Shown piece after piece: positions 1 through 8,570 of a stretch of DNA of 14,109 nucleotides. The first letter of the stretch is position 1. Each line of letters starts with the position of its first letter. Position numbers and translations under genes: made by a program. The DNA is taken from assembly GCA_021158055.1 (NCBI GenBank), contig JAGGVJ010000037.1:1-14109 (forward strand), in the 5' to 3' direction. This DNA is from Candidatus Iainarchaeum sp. Its GTDB lineage: Archaea > Iainarchaeota > Iainarchaeia > JAGGVJ01. Under the pieces are notes generated by a model. That model worked only from the letters and a program-made list of their open reading frames with translations. It did not search any database and had not been told where the DNA came from.

Positions 1-3000
1 AAACTTATCACTGCACTTGCCTGTTGCAGGAATGCACGCGTGGATATTGTAAACTCCGGGCGGGACTTCAACAAACACCTGCCCGTTGGTTCCGGTGAAC
101 AGACCGAACTCAGTTAAATCGCTTACCCTTGTTGCAGTTGCAGTCACTTCGCCCGAATAAGGATTTGAACAATCAGTAACTGTAATTTTGAACTGGGAAT
201 AATAACTCACGTCCCACGAGTCAAGGCTCGGGGTGCTTCCGGAAGTAAAGTTTGCCCTTAGCTTGATTGGAATGCTTCCGACAGTTTCTGAAATGTTCTG
301 GCCGTTCTTCACGTCTGCAACCAAAACCGAATCATCTGATGCATCCAAAACATCAACCGTAAGCGTTGATGCTCCGGGTGTGGTCTTTGAAAAAGTCACT
401 ACCCCCCACTTGCTGAAATTCACCGGGCTGATGACGCCTGTTGTGAAAGTACCGGTTGCTTGTCCTTCAGTTAAAACCACACTGCCAAATAACAATTCAG
501 TGTTTGAAAATAATCCATCATCCAGACTCAAACCCACAGTTGCAAGACCTGAATCGTTCACAAACACTTCTTTTGAAAACTCACTGCCCCAGTACTCACC
601 ATCAAACGCCTTTGCCAATACCTGCCACAAACCCGGCTCCCCCTCAGCAACAAACGAATAAATATTTGAAGCCTGCGCAGCCGGGTTCAGCACCTCACTT
701 CCTACCCCCTCCAAAACACGGAAATCAAATTCAATAATCGGGTCGTCGTTGGGGTCAGTTGCAGTAGCTGTTGCAGTCACTGAATCACCTAACTCAAACA
801 AAGGCGCATTCAAGGAAATTTCGGCTATTACCGGTGCGCTGAACTGTTCTTGAATACCAAACAAAGCGGTTGGTTCCAGATCTACTTGTTTTCGAATAAA
901 CACATTTAAGATATTAAACGAATTGACCGTACAGACTTCACCACCCCCCCGCTCGCTACATTGAACGGCAACAACATTATCGCCTTTACTAAGACCAGAA
1001 GTTACATCCCACGTATTTACACAGGTATTACTGCCATGACAACCACCACCACAATGACCAATGTACGAACCATTGCCTGAATAAACCCATTGACCATCAT
1101 CACTAGTAACCCTCACACTAGATGACCCAACACTCGTTACAAACACCCTTTTCCTCATATACCAATCACAATCATCACAACTGGCCCAATAATCAACAGA
1201 CGCATCTGGCAAATCAGTCCAAGTTGAATCATCAAAACCCACACTTGTCCAATCTAAAGGACCCGTACACGAAGCAGACCGGTAATACTTCCAACCAACC
1301 TCCCAATTACCCGACGAATCAAAAGTATCAACATCAGAACTCGCACTAACAGCTGACACATTACCATAATACATGAAAATGCCAGTCGAACTGTTCGCAG
1401 GAATGCTCGGCACCTTCACCCACACCTTCGTGCTTGCAGTATTACAACCCGACTCAAGCCAATAACTCAACCCACTCAAACCCAAACCATCAGCAAACCT
1501 CAAATCACCGCAATCACTGTTCATCACCCCGGCAGAAACCAAAGACGCAGAATCAAACCCAACCAACACCTGAAAATCAGCCAAATCAGAACCGCTTGTC
1601 TCAGTTATCGTAACTGATTTCCTGTAACTCCAATCACTGTCCCACCAGCCAGTTACAGGCAATTGCCCGCTGAAAACACTGCTTCTGTTGCCTTGCGCGT
1701 CAGTGGCAGTAACCTCAACCACCCACTGACCTGCACCATCAGGAATAAAAGAATACTGGTTGACTGACTGGGCTGTCGGACCCGCGAACACGCTTGAATC
1801 AGGTTTCTTCACAGTGAAAGTGTAACTGGAGATGGTCTGTGTCCCCTGCGGGTCGGTTGCAGTGGCTGTTGCGGTAACGCTTTGTCCTTCCTCTGGCAAA
1901 GCGGGGTCAAACGAAACGCTTTTGACAATAGGACTATCGCTTTGCTCTTGCGCACCGGTACTTGCAGTGGGTTCCGGGGAAGTGTATTTTCGGACACGGA
2001 CGTCATCCAGTCCGACCCCGTTTGAATCTGTAAGAGCAACATGGTTATAGAACTTACCGCTGTCTGCAAGAGCCTGGTTATATACCCCTTCCCAATCCCA
2101 TGTACTGGGTTCGTTCGTGCCATGTTTCCATATCTTAAACTTGCCGTTGTTTCCAAGCTTCTCTACCTTTACATTGAACCAGTTTCCCCTCTCGTTGTAA
2201 TAATTATATTTTGTGCTCGTGTGCAAAACATTTTCAGAACCGCCGACTTTTTCTATGAACCTGACATACTGATCACCTGAAGAATACGTGCGCATGTAAA
2301 TCTTGAGATAGTCGTTGTCTGACAAATGAATCATTCTCGGGTGATACTGGTCATTACCCGAACCGCTTCCGTGGTTTTTGACTTTAAACAACCATTCTTT
2401 TCCGCCTGACGGAACAACATTTTCCGCCGTGTAAATAACCCCCCCGTCACTTGTGCCCTTCAGATAATTGCCGGAAGCTGTCCAGGAACCACTTGCAACA
2501 GACCACCCATTGTAGCTTGCATCTTCAAAGTCATCAAAAAAGTCAAAGGTTTCTGTCGCGCTGCTTACACCATCAGCTGACTGGTTACCGTAATACAGGT
2601 AAATATTCTCCGATGAGTTTGCCTGGATCTCAGGGACCTTCACCCACGCCTTGTTGTCAGACTCCAGCCAGTAAGAAAGCTCTTTGGGAACACCACCTGT
2701 CGCAAACCTCAAATCAGCCAAGTCCAACCTTGCTTTTTCTGCATCGAAACGCTCCTGAATTTCTGCCTGGGAAAGGACACGGTTGTAAATTTTTACTTCG
2801 TCGATGGTGCCGTTGAAAAACTCACCAGCTCCACCACCATAAGCACCAATCGTGAAATTACCACCTGTCACCGGTGAAGGGACACCGCCGGCATCCAAGG
2901 TTACGTCCGCGCCATTGACGTACATTTTTCCTTTTCCTGACTGCCCAACTACTCCCAAGGCAACAATGTGATACCATTGACCCAACTCAGGAGTAAATTC

Positions 3001-5958
3001 TGTCGAGCTAATCGCTACTCCCCCCAAACTAAATCGCAAATTTGTAGATGCTTTTTCCCAATAAAATTCATAAACACCTGCGCCACCTCTTTTATCAACA
3101 ACAACGTAATAAGAATTGGTAAGATCTTCAAATTTAACCCATGCTTCAACAGTAATCTCACCAGCGGCATCCAAACTCCCATCATTTCCAGCAACAATAT
3201 AATCATCCGCGCCGTCAAACTCCAAACCACCCCCAAATTTACCAGTCGACCAAACAGGACCGTTTGTCAAAGTTCCATCATTGCCGTTCCCGGAAGAATC
3301 AGCGGCCTTCGTTCCACTGCCCTCGCTGAAATGCCAGCTTCCAACCAAACCAGAATTGTCATAAATAGCACCAGTCAAATCAACGGAAAGCGGGTAATCA
3401 GTCAAATCAGAACCGCTCGTCTCAGTTATCATAACTGATTTCCTGTAACTCCAATCACTGTCCCACCAGCCACTCACACCAACCTGCTTGCTGAAAACAC
3501 TGCTCGTGTTGCCTTGCCCATCAGTTGCAGTAACCTCAACAGTCCAAAAACCGCTTGAATCAGGAGTAAACGAATACTCATTGCCTGTCTGTGTTATAGG
3601 GCCCGCGAACACACTCGAATCAGACCTCTTCACAATAAAAGAATAACTGGAGATGCTGCCCTGCAGAACGTCCGCCAATACAGTTGCAGTCAGCACGTTG
3701 CCCTGTTCAGGCAAAGAGGGTTCAAACACCAGATCGTTTATGTATGGAAAATCGGCCTGCTGTTGCGAACCAACGCTTGTTGTCGGCTCCGGAACAACCT
3801 GTTCCCTGTACAGATCCGGATTAAAGCCGTCTTCGTACGCGGAAGGAGTTGTTGTTCCGGTCAATAAATTGTAATCCAACCTTACTCTGCCGTATCCCCC
3901 GTTGCCGCCAGCCGCCCGCGTATTTACACCCGGAGCCCCCGAACCATACGATGCAGTCACTTTTGACGATCCGATGCTGGCATTGTCTGAAACAATATAA
4001 ATGCTTCCTCCGGCACCACCCCCTCCACCTCCTGTTTCGCCGGTGTTGTCATTCGGGGCGTTTTGACCGCTTGAACTAACGGACCCGTCAACCTGAACAG
4101 AACCGGCTGAAATTAGTATTATCCCTCCGCCTGCCCCGCCGGTTCCACCGCAATCGGGGTTGTCCCCGTCACGGCCCCCGCTTCCGCCGCCTCCGCCGAA
4201 AAACAGTTCAGAAAGCTGCGGCGAACCAATCGCACTGCCACCAACGGCTGTTGTGCTCCCGCAACTCCACCCGCCGCCACATGAATAATACTTGCGCTGA
4301 CCGTTGGACCCGGCTGTTCCGTATCCTCCGCCTGCCCCGCCTTCACCTGAATGGCACCACTCGGCGTCACCGCCGCCGCCACCGGCACCGTTAGCTTGTG
4401 TGCAGCGATTTCCATAGCCTACTTGTGACTCGCCTTTTTCTCCGCCACCCCAGTTACCACAGCCGCCAAGGTCACCTCCGCGAAAACCCTTTCCTGAAGC
4501 ATCAATGCTCGCGCCCGCATTCACTAAAACGGCTGCGTTTGACCTGAAAGAAATTATTCCCCCGGTGTAACCATTCCAGGCAGGGGCAATTATACCTGCT
4601 CCCGAATCCAGCGTGACATCAGTGTAATTCGGAACCCTTACAACCTGCGCGGAAATTGAAGAAACCGAATTAAAAACCCCTGAAAAATAATCATTTTTCA
4701 GCGGCATGTCAAGGACAAGGTTTTCAGTACCACCGCCTGAAACAATTCTCCTGAATTCATAATTTCCGGCGCCATTGCCCTGCATCTGCATCACCAGTAT
4801 TTCATCGTCGTCTGAAAACCCGAAACCGTCACTGACTGTTATCAGGTTCGAACCCGCACCGGCGCCGGAAGTCAAATACGCGTAAGTGTTTACCACCGTG
4901 CCTGGTGAAGAAACCGTGAGAGCACCGTCAGAACCGCTTCCCAACACACCGAAGCTGCTCAAAAAATCACTTTTTGAATCCGCTGAAGAATTGCCGTAAT
5001 ACATGAAAATATTTGTTGAACCGTTTGCAGGAATACTCGGCACCTTCACCCAAACCCTGTTGTCTGATTCAACCCAATAAGGAATTTCCTGAACACCACC
5101 TGAATCTGCGAATCTCAAGTCCGAATAATCAAGGTTTCCCTTTGATGCATTGAAGTGATCCTGGATCTCTGCTTGGGATAAAGCACGGTCGTATATTTTT
5201 ACTTCGTCGATAAGACCCTTAAACCTGCCATACCAACCGCCCAAACCACCTATGTAAAAAGGCCTGTTTGAACCCGAGGTTGTGCTTACTGCACTTCCAT
5301 TAAATACCCCGTCTAAGTAAATAGTTGCAGTTGTTCCATCATAAGTGAATACTGCATAATGCCAATTACCCAAGGAATACTCCGTTGAACCAACAATATA
5401 TGTTGAACCCGTATACATGCCAAGCTTATTAACATTTGAACCAACTCCCGCCCCAAACCAAAGACCGGAATTTCCATCAGGAGCATGGTCAACTAACGAG
5501 GAATAAGAGTCACCATAAGAATTTGAATTAACTGACGAATAAAACCATAAAGCAACAGATATCGGTGAATTTGCCGCATAATCATAATTTTGAGTTATTA
5601 CCTTATCATCCACACCGTCAAACTGCAACCCATTCCCGAATTTTCCAGCAACCCAAACAGGACCGTTTGCCAAAGTACCGTCATTTCCGTTCCCGGAAGA
5701 ATCCCTTGCAACAGAACCGCTTCCCTCAGAAAAATGCCAGCTTCCGACCAAACCGGTGTTGTCATACAAAACATCAGTCAAATCAACCGGAACCTGAAAA
5801 TCAGTCAACTCGGAACCGGAAGAATCAGTTACCGTGATTGGTTTCCTGTAATCCCAGTCAGCATCCCACCAGGTGGCAGAAGCAGAAACTGCCTGCAATA
5901 AGAAAGCGAAAACAAAAACGCAAATCACAATTTTGTTCACATTACCTGAAAACATCAT
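1..5958 (-). CDS. Giant secreted/surface protein (>1986 aa, 3' end beyond window): signal peptide, 3x DUF2341 modules, 2x LamG/concanavalin-like, Gly-rich domain, Ig-like spacers
   Basis: Manual translation from ATG 5958 (or 5955): MMFSGNVNKIVICVFVFAFLLQAVSA-SATWWDADWDYRKPITV (signal peptide, then the DUF2341-type WW..W.YRK.I motif). The motif recurs as WWDSDWSYRKSV near 3465 and 1645. DLRF...YW.E...VWVKVP.I.AN....I.MYYGN occurs three times. LamG motifs GLVGSWHFSEGSG...GKFG.GL.FDG.DD...IDEVKIY.R.LS occur twice. The frame was open in every block translated, down to position 1 (...PGVYNIHACIPATGKCSDKF); no stop would explain its absence from the ORF track. Confidence 0.93.
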   Translation of the reverse strand, partial: MMFSGNVNKIVICVFVFAFLLQAVSASATWWDADWDYRKPITVTDSSGSELTDFQVPVDLTDVLYDNTGLVGSWHFSEGSGSVARDSSGNGNDGTLANGPVWVAGKFGNGLQFDGVDDKVITQNYDYAANSPISVALWFYSSVNSNSYGDSYSSLVDHAPDGNSGLWFGAGVGSNVNKLGMYTGSTYIVGSTEYSLGNWHYAVFTYDGTTATIYLDGVFNGSAVSTTSGSNRPFYIGGLGGWYGRFKGLIDEVKIYDRALSQAEIQDHFNASKGNLDYSDLRFADSGGVQEIPYWVESDNRVWVKVPSIPANGSTNIFMYYGNSSADSKSDFLSSFGVLGSGSDGALTVSSPGTVVNTYAYLTSGAGAGSNLITVSDGFGFSDDDEILVMQMQGNGAGNYEFRRIVSGGGTENLVLDMPLKNDYFSGVFNSVSSISAQVVRVPNYTDVTLDSGAGIIAPAWNGYTGGIISFRSNAAVLVNAGASIDASGKGFRGGDLGGCGNWGGGEKGESQVGYGNRCTQANGAGGGGGDAEWCHSGEGGAGGGYGTAGSNGQRKYYSCGGGWSCGSTTAVGGSAIGSPQLSELFFGGGGGSGGRDGDNPDCGGTGGAGGGIILISAGSVQVDGSVSSSGQNAPNDNTGETGGGGGGAGGSIYIVSDNASIGSSKVTASYGSGAPGVNTRAAGGNGGYGRVRLDYNLLTGTTTPSAYEDGFNPDLYREQVVPEPTTSVGSQQQADFPYINDLVFEPSLPEQGNVLTATVLADVLQGSISSYSFIVKRSDSSVFAGPITQTGNEYSFTPDSSGFWTVEVTATDGQGNTSSVFSKQVGVSGWWDSDWSYRKSVMITETSGSDLTDYPLSVDLTGAIYDNSGLVGSWHFSEGSGTKAADSSGNGNDGTLTNGPVWSTGKFGGGLEFDGADDYIVAGNDGSLDAAGEITVEAWVKFEDLTNSYYVVVDKRGGAGVYEFYWEKASTNLRFSLGGVAISSTEFTPELGQWYHIVALGVVGQSGKGKMYVNGADVTLDAGGVPSPVTGGNFTIGAYGGGAGEFFNGTIDEVKIYNRVLSQAEIQERFDAEKARLDLADLRFATGGVPKELSYWLESDNKAWVKVPEIQANSSENIYLYYGNQSADGVSSATETFDFFDDFEDASYNGWSVASGSWTASGNYLKGTSDGGVIYTAENVVPSGGKEWLFKVKNHGSGSGNDQYHPRMIHLSDNDYLKIYMRTYSSGDQYVRFIEKVGGSENVLHTSTKYNYYNERGNWFNVKVEKLGNNGKFKIWKHGTNEPSTWDWEGVYNQALADSGKFYNHVALTDSNGVGLDDVRVRKYTSPEPTASTGAQEQSDSPIVKSVSFDPALPEEGQSVTATATATDPQGTQTISSYTFTVKKPDSSVFAGPTAQSVNQYSFIPDGAGQWVVEVTATDAQGNRSSVFSGQLPVTGWWDSDWSYRKSVTITETSGSDLADFQVLVGFDSASLVSAGVMNSDCGDLRFADGLGLSGLSYWLESGCNTASTKVWVKVPSIPANSSTGIFMYYGNVSAVSASSDVDTFDSSGNWEVGWKYYRSASCTGPLDWTSVGFDDSTWTDLPDASVDYWASCDDCDWYMRKRVFVTSVGSSSVRVTSDDGQWVYSGNGSYIGHCGGGCHGSNTCVNTWDVTSGLSKGDNVVAVQCSERGGGEVCTVNSFNILNVFIRKQVDLEPTALFGIQEQFSAPVIAEISLNAPLFELGDSVTATATATDPNDDPIIEFDFRVLEGVGSEVLNPAAQASNIYSFVAEGEPGLWQVLAKAFDGEYWGSEFSKEVFVNDSGLATVGLSLDDGLFSNTELLFGSVVLTEGQATGTFTTGVISPVNFSKWGVVTFSKTTPGASTLTVDVLDASDDSVLVADVKNGQNISETVGSIPIKLRANFTSGSTPSLDSWDVSYYSQFKITVTDCSNPYSGEVTATATRVSDLTEFGLFTGTNGQVFVEVPPGVYNIHACIPATGKCSDKF
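1582..1651. repeat. Intragenic direct repeat, copy in module 3 (partner 3403-3472)
   Basis: 70 bp with 2 mismatches to 3403-3472, including a 41-bp perfect match (1611-1651 = 3432-3472). The offset of 1821 bp is in frame. Looser similarity continues to ~1833/~3654. Confidence 0.95.
3403..3472. repeat. Intragenic direct repeat, copy in module 2 (partner 1582-1651)
   Basis: Encodes GWWDSDWSYRKSV.ITETSGSDL; near-identical at DNA level to 1582-1651. Confidence 0.95.
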
Positions 5959-5986
5959 AAAATCACTGTTTGTCAAAAAGCACACT

Positions 5987-6030
5987 AAACGGTCCCGTCA
6001 TTTGGAACCGGTTCCGGTCCGGGACGGTTT
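5987..6030 (-). promoter_or_regulatory. GC-rich hairpin in the putative 5' leader of the giant surface-protein gene
   Basis: aaacggtcccg (5987-5997) pairs with cgggacggttt (6020-6030) with 1 mismatch, enclosing the perfect palindrome ggaaccggttcc (6004-6015). A TATA-like TATTAAATA lies on the minus strand near 6078-6086. Confidence 0.5.
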
Positions 6031-6160
6031 TGGCAGCAGATCCAAACAAACAACCACTGGATAATAAAAATAAAACCTTATTTAATAGGTTATTGCTGTC
6101 AACACGCTAAATTTCACTTGACCTGTCCTGAAAGCACTGAAAAGTTGCAGAAATTTTGCG

Positions 6161-6189
6161 AAAAGGAAATAAAGTTTTTCCCTTAATCA
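6161..6189 (-). repeat. Conserved intergenic site, copy D (inverted relative to A, B, C)
   Basis: 6161-6183 aaaaggaaataaagtttttccct is the exact 23-bp reverse complement of 9300-9322. Confidence 0.9.
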
Positions 6190-6224
6190 ACTGCAACTCT
6201 TTTACCCTTCACTTCAGCGTTTTT

Positions 6225-7186
6225 TCAGCCAGGCGGCTTCTTCAGCTTTTCCTGGCTTAAAAACAACACTTTTTCACCTTCTTTTTTCCCGATGGCCTGC
6301 CATGGCTGTGTTACGTTTCCCGGGCAGCCTGTGAAAAAAACCAGTGAACAGTCAAGATGCGGTTTTGTCTTGTCCAGGTCACTGATATACTGGCGGTAAA
6401 ACGAAGCGTACCTGATAAAAAACGCCCTGATGCAGCCCTCAAAATCCCTGAAAATTCCCGCTTCTTCTTCCGCAACCCTGTAAATAACATAGTCTTTTGC
6501 AGCTTTCTGGCACAGCAAATCAAAATTGCTTTCGCGCAACTTGTCTTTGCTGATGTTTTTCCTTGCGTTTTTTGCCAGCTGAAAAAAGGCCGGGTGGTTT
6601 TCTATACAGCCTGAAAGCTTTTTTCCTGCCAAAAAAAGTTTCTCCTCAAAATCCGATTTGTACTTGCTGTACAGGCACGAAACCGGGACAACGCAAAACA
6701 ACCCCCGTATTTTTTTGATTCAGCCATTGACTTCAGGGTTTCAACATACTTTTTTGTTCTTTCACAGGGTACGTGATTTACTTCTTCAACTCTTTTGTCC
6801 CCGGGAGAAACGTAAATCTTAAGCCCCTTGGAGTAAACTTTTTTCACTTCCAGATTCAGCCTGTAAAAGTTATCAAGAGTTGCTTCCTCGCACAAGCCGG
6901 CGGCGTCCAAACCAAGATTTGAGTTTTTGCAGCCGCCCCAAAACTGAAACAATTCAACCGGCCTGTTTTCGGCAACTTTTAACCTGATTTTTTCCAGGAT
7001 CTTTTCTTTTGCGTCACTGGAAGGCATGGAACCTGCCCTGTATTTCCTGCCTGTCAATTTTTTGAACACTTCCAGACTAAATTCGCAGGCATTTTCAGAA
7101 ACGCGTGCCTTAAGTCCGGATTCCGGATTTTTGCCAAAAAACTTTTTTCCACTGCAATTCCCGGCTTTCAAAAACAAACGTTTCAT
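6225..7186 (-). pseudogene. Dit1/PvcA (L-Tyr/L-Trp isonitrile synthase)-like gene split by a -1 frameshift at ~6700-6716
   Basis: The N-part (ORF 6602-7195, likely ATG 7186) has PVELFQFWGGCKN...EEATL...VKKVYSKGLKIYVSPGD...NHV...Y, resembling the Dit1/PvcA N-terminal Rossmann-like motifs. The C-part (ORF 6225-6701) has TQPWQ, like the family's C-terminal TPWH motif. One added base in the A7 or G5 run joins them into ~320 aa. Family call is by motif recall, not a search. Confidence 0.6.
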
Positions 7187-7246
7187 GAAAAACACTAGAC
7201 AAACAGATTATTTAAACAACAACTAACAAACAAGCGCCATCTGGTT

Positions 7247-8470
7247 TCAATTTCTATTTTTTTTCAAAAAACTTTCAAGCGAAATCATATTTTCTTTATT
7301 GGTTGATTTGGTTATTAAAATAAAAGAAAATCCTTTGTGGGTTTTTTTAAAATCATCAAATCCTTTTTGTTCTCTTTCAGGTATTTCGTCTGTTGCAGTT
7401 ACATTTATGGCTGTGTTTTCAGCAATGAAATCAACCTCGGATTTCAATTCAGACCAGTAACTTATTTCCCTGCAGGACTCCAATAACTTTATAAAAACAG
7501 TATTTTCATACATCTGGCCCAAGTTTTTTGAATATTTTATGCTTGCGACATTTATCAACCCGTTGTCCAATGCATAAAATTTAGAAAGCTTTGTTATGTC
7601 GTGTTTTATTTTTGCTGAAAAAGAAAAATAAGTAACTTCAAACAAAAGATAAGCATCAACCATATAACTGACATAAAGGGAAATGGTGTCTTTTGACAAC
7701 CCGAAAACTTTCGACAACTTATTGAAACTCACTTTTGACGACGAAGTGCTAATGATATACCTTGCAATACCCATTAACTGTTTGGTGTTTCTTATGCCGT
7801 GCCTTTGAATGATATCCTTGTAGACAATATCCTCAAAATATTGCTGTAAAATAAACAATTTTTTTTCAGGGGATTTTTCCAGAACAACTTCCGGAAACCC
7901 GCCAAACTTTAAGTATTCTTCAAGCACACCTTTTTTATTGAACTCAAGAAACTCTTTAAAAGACAAAGGGAAAACTTCAAAAGACAAATTTCTGCCCGTC
8001 AACAGGGTTGAAAGTTCCTTTGACAACAAAGAAGCGCTTGAACCCGTAACCACAAATTTAATGTTTTCATTCAGATCATACTTTGTCCTGATCCACTTCT
8101 CCCAACCGTCAATTTTTTGAATTTCATCAATAAAATAATAAACCTTTCCCTTGTTTTTTAAATAATGCCAGTAGGCATTCAAAACCTGCTCCAGTAAATC
8201 TATATTTAAATTTTCTGTGAAATTATAATCCTCAAGATTCAAATACAAAATCTGCTCTTTATTTATTTTATTTTTTATTAACTTCATCATTAACTGCTTT
8301 AAAATTGTGGATTTTCCCGACCGCCTTATCCCCTTTAAAACAATGACTTCCCTGCGCTTGAAATAAGAGTAAATCTTCTCAACATAACCGGTTCTTTCAA
8401 CACCCGAATCAAACTCTTTTTCCCAAAAATTCCATCTCTTAAGAACATCAACAATGATATTTTCATCCAT
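7247..8470 (-). CDS. AAA_14 / DUF4143 family ATP-binding protein
   Basis: Walker A GIRRSGKS, Walker B YFIDEIQ, VTGSSA, LTGR, GGFPE, central wHTH-like segment, C-terminal EVDF. TATA box TTTATATA at 8500-8493. Confidence 0.92.
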   Translation of the reverse strand: MDENIIVDVLKRWNFWEKEFDSGVERTGYVEKIYSYFKRREVIVLKGIRRSGKSTILKQLMMKLIKNKINKEQILYLNLEDYNFTENLNIDLLEQVLNAYWHYLKNKGKVYYFIDEIQKIDGWEKWIRTKYDLNENIKFVVTGSSASLLSKELSTLLTGRNLSFEVFPLSFKEFLEFNKKGVLEEYLKFGGFPEVVLEKSPEKKLFILQQYFEDIVYKDIIQRHGIRNTKQLMGIARYIISTSSSKVSFNKLSKVFGLSKDTISLYVSYMVDAYLLFEVTYFSFSAKIKHDITKLSKFYALDNGLINVASIKYSKNLGQMYENTVFIKLLESCREISYWSELKSEVDFIAENTAINVTATDEIPEREQKGFDDFKKTHKGFSFILITKSTNKENMISLESFLKKNRN

Positions 8471-8499
8471 GATGCAAATTACAACTTACAAATATATAA

Positions 8500-8523
8500 A
8501 GGTTGCTAATATAATAGCAACCT
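8500..8523. promoter_or_regulatory. Operator-like palindrome adjoining the TATA box of the ATPase gene
   Basis: aggttgcta-atataa-tagcaacct has perfect 9-bp arms, extendable to 16 bp with 2 mismatches across the TATA box. Confidence 0.65.
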
Positions 8524-8570
8524 ATATAAATAATTAGATCACATTTTCGGAAACCTTTGTTGCTTTGTTT

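Noticed and set aside
1582-3472. Repeat pair as a diversity-generating retroelement TR/VR
   Set aside because: Both copies are coding scaffold sequence, the mismatches are not adenine-specific, and no reverse transcriptase is present.
233-6064. All ORF-track entries in this range (+ strand, and minus ORFs 1809-2156, 3015-3236, 4119-4415)
   Set aside because: They are antisense or off-frame shadows of the giant minus-strand CDS and have no recognisable motifs.
6136-6216. Imperfect palindrome as an integron attC site
   Set aside because: The order is GTT...AAC rather than RYYYAAC...GTTRRRY, and the other copies lack this outer stem.
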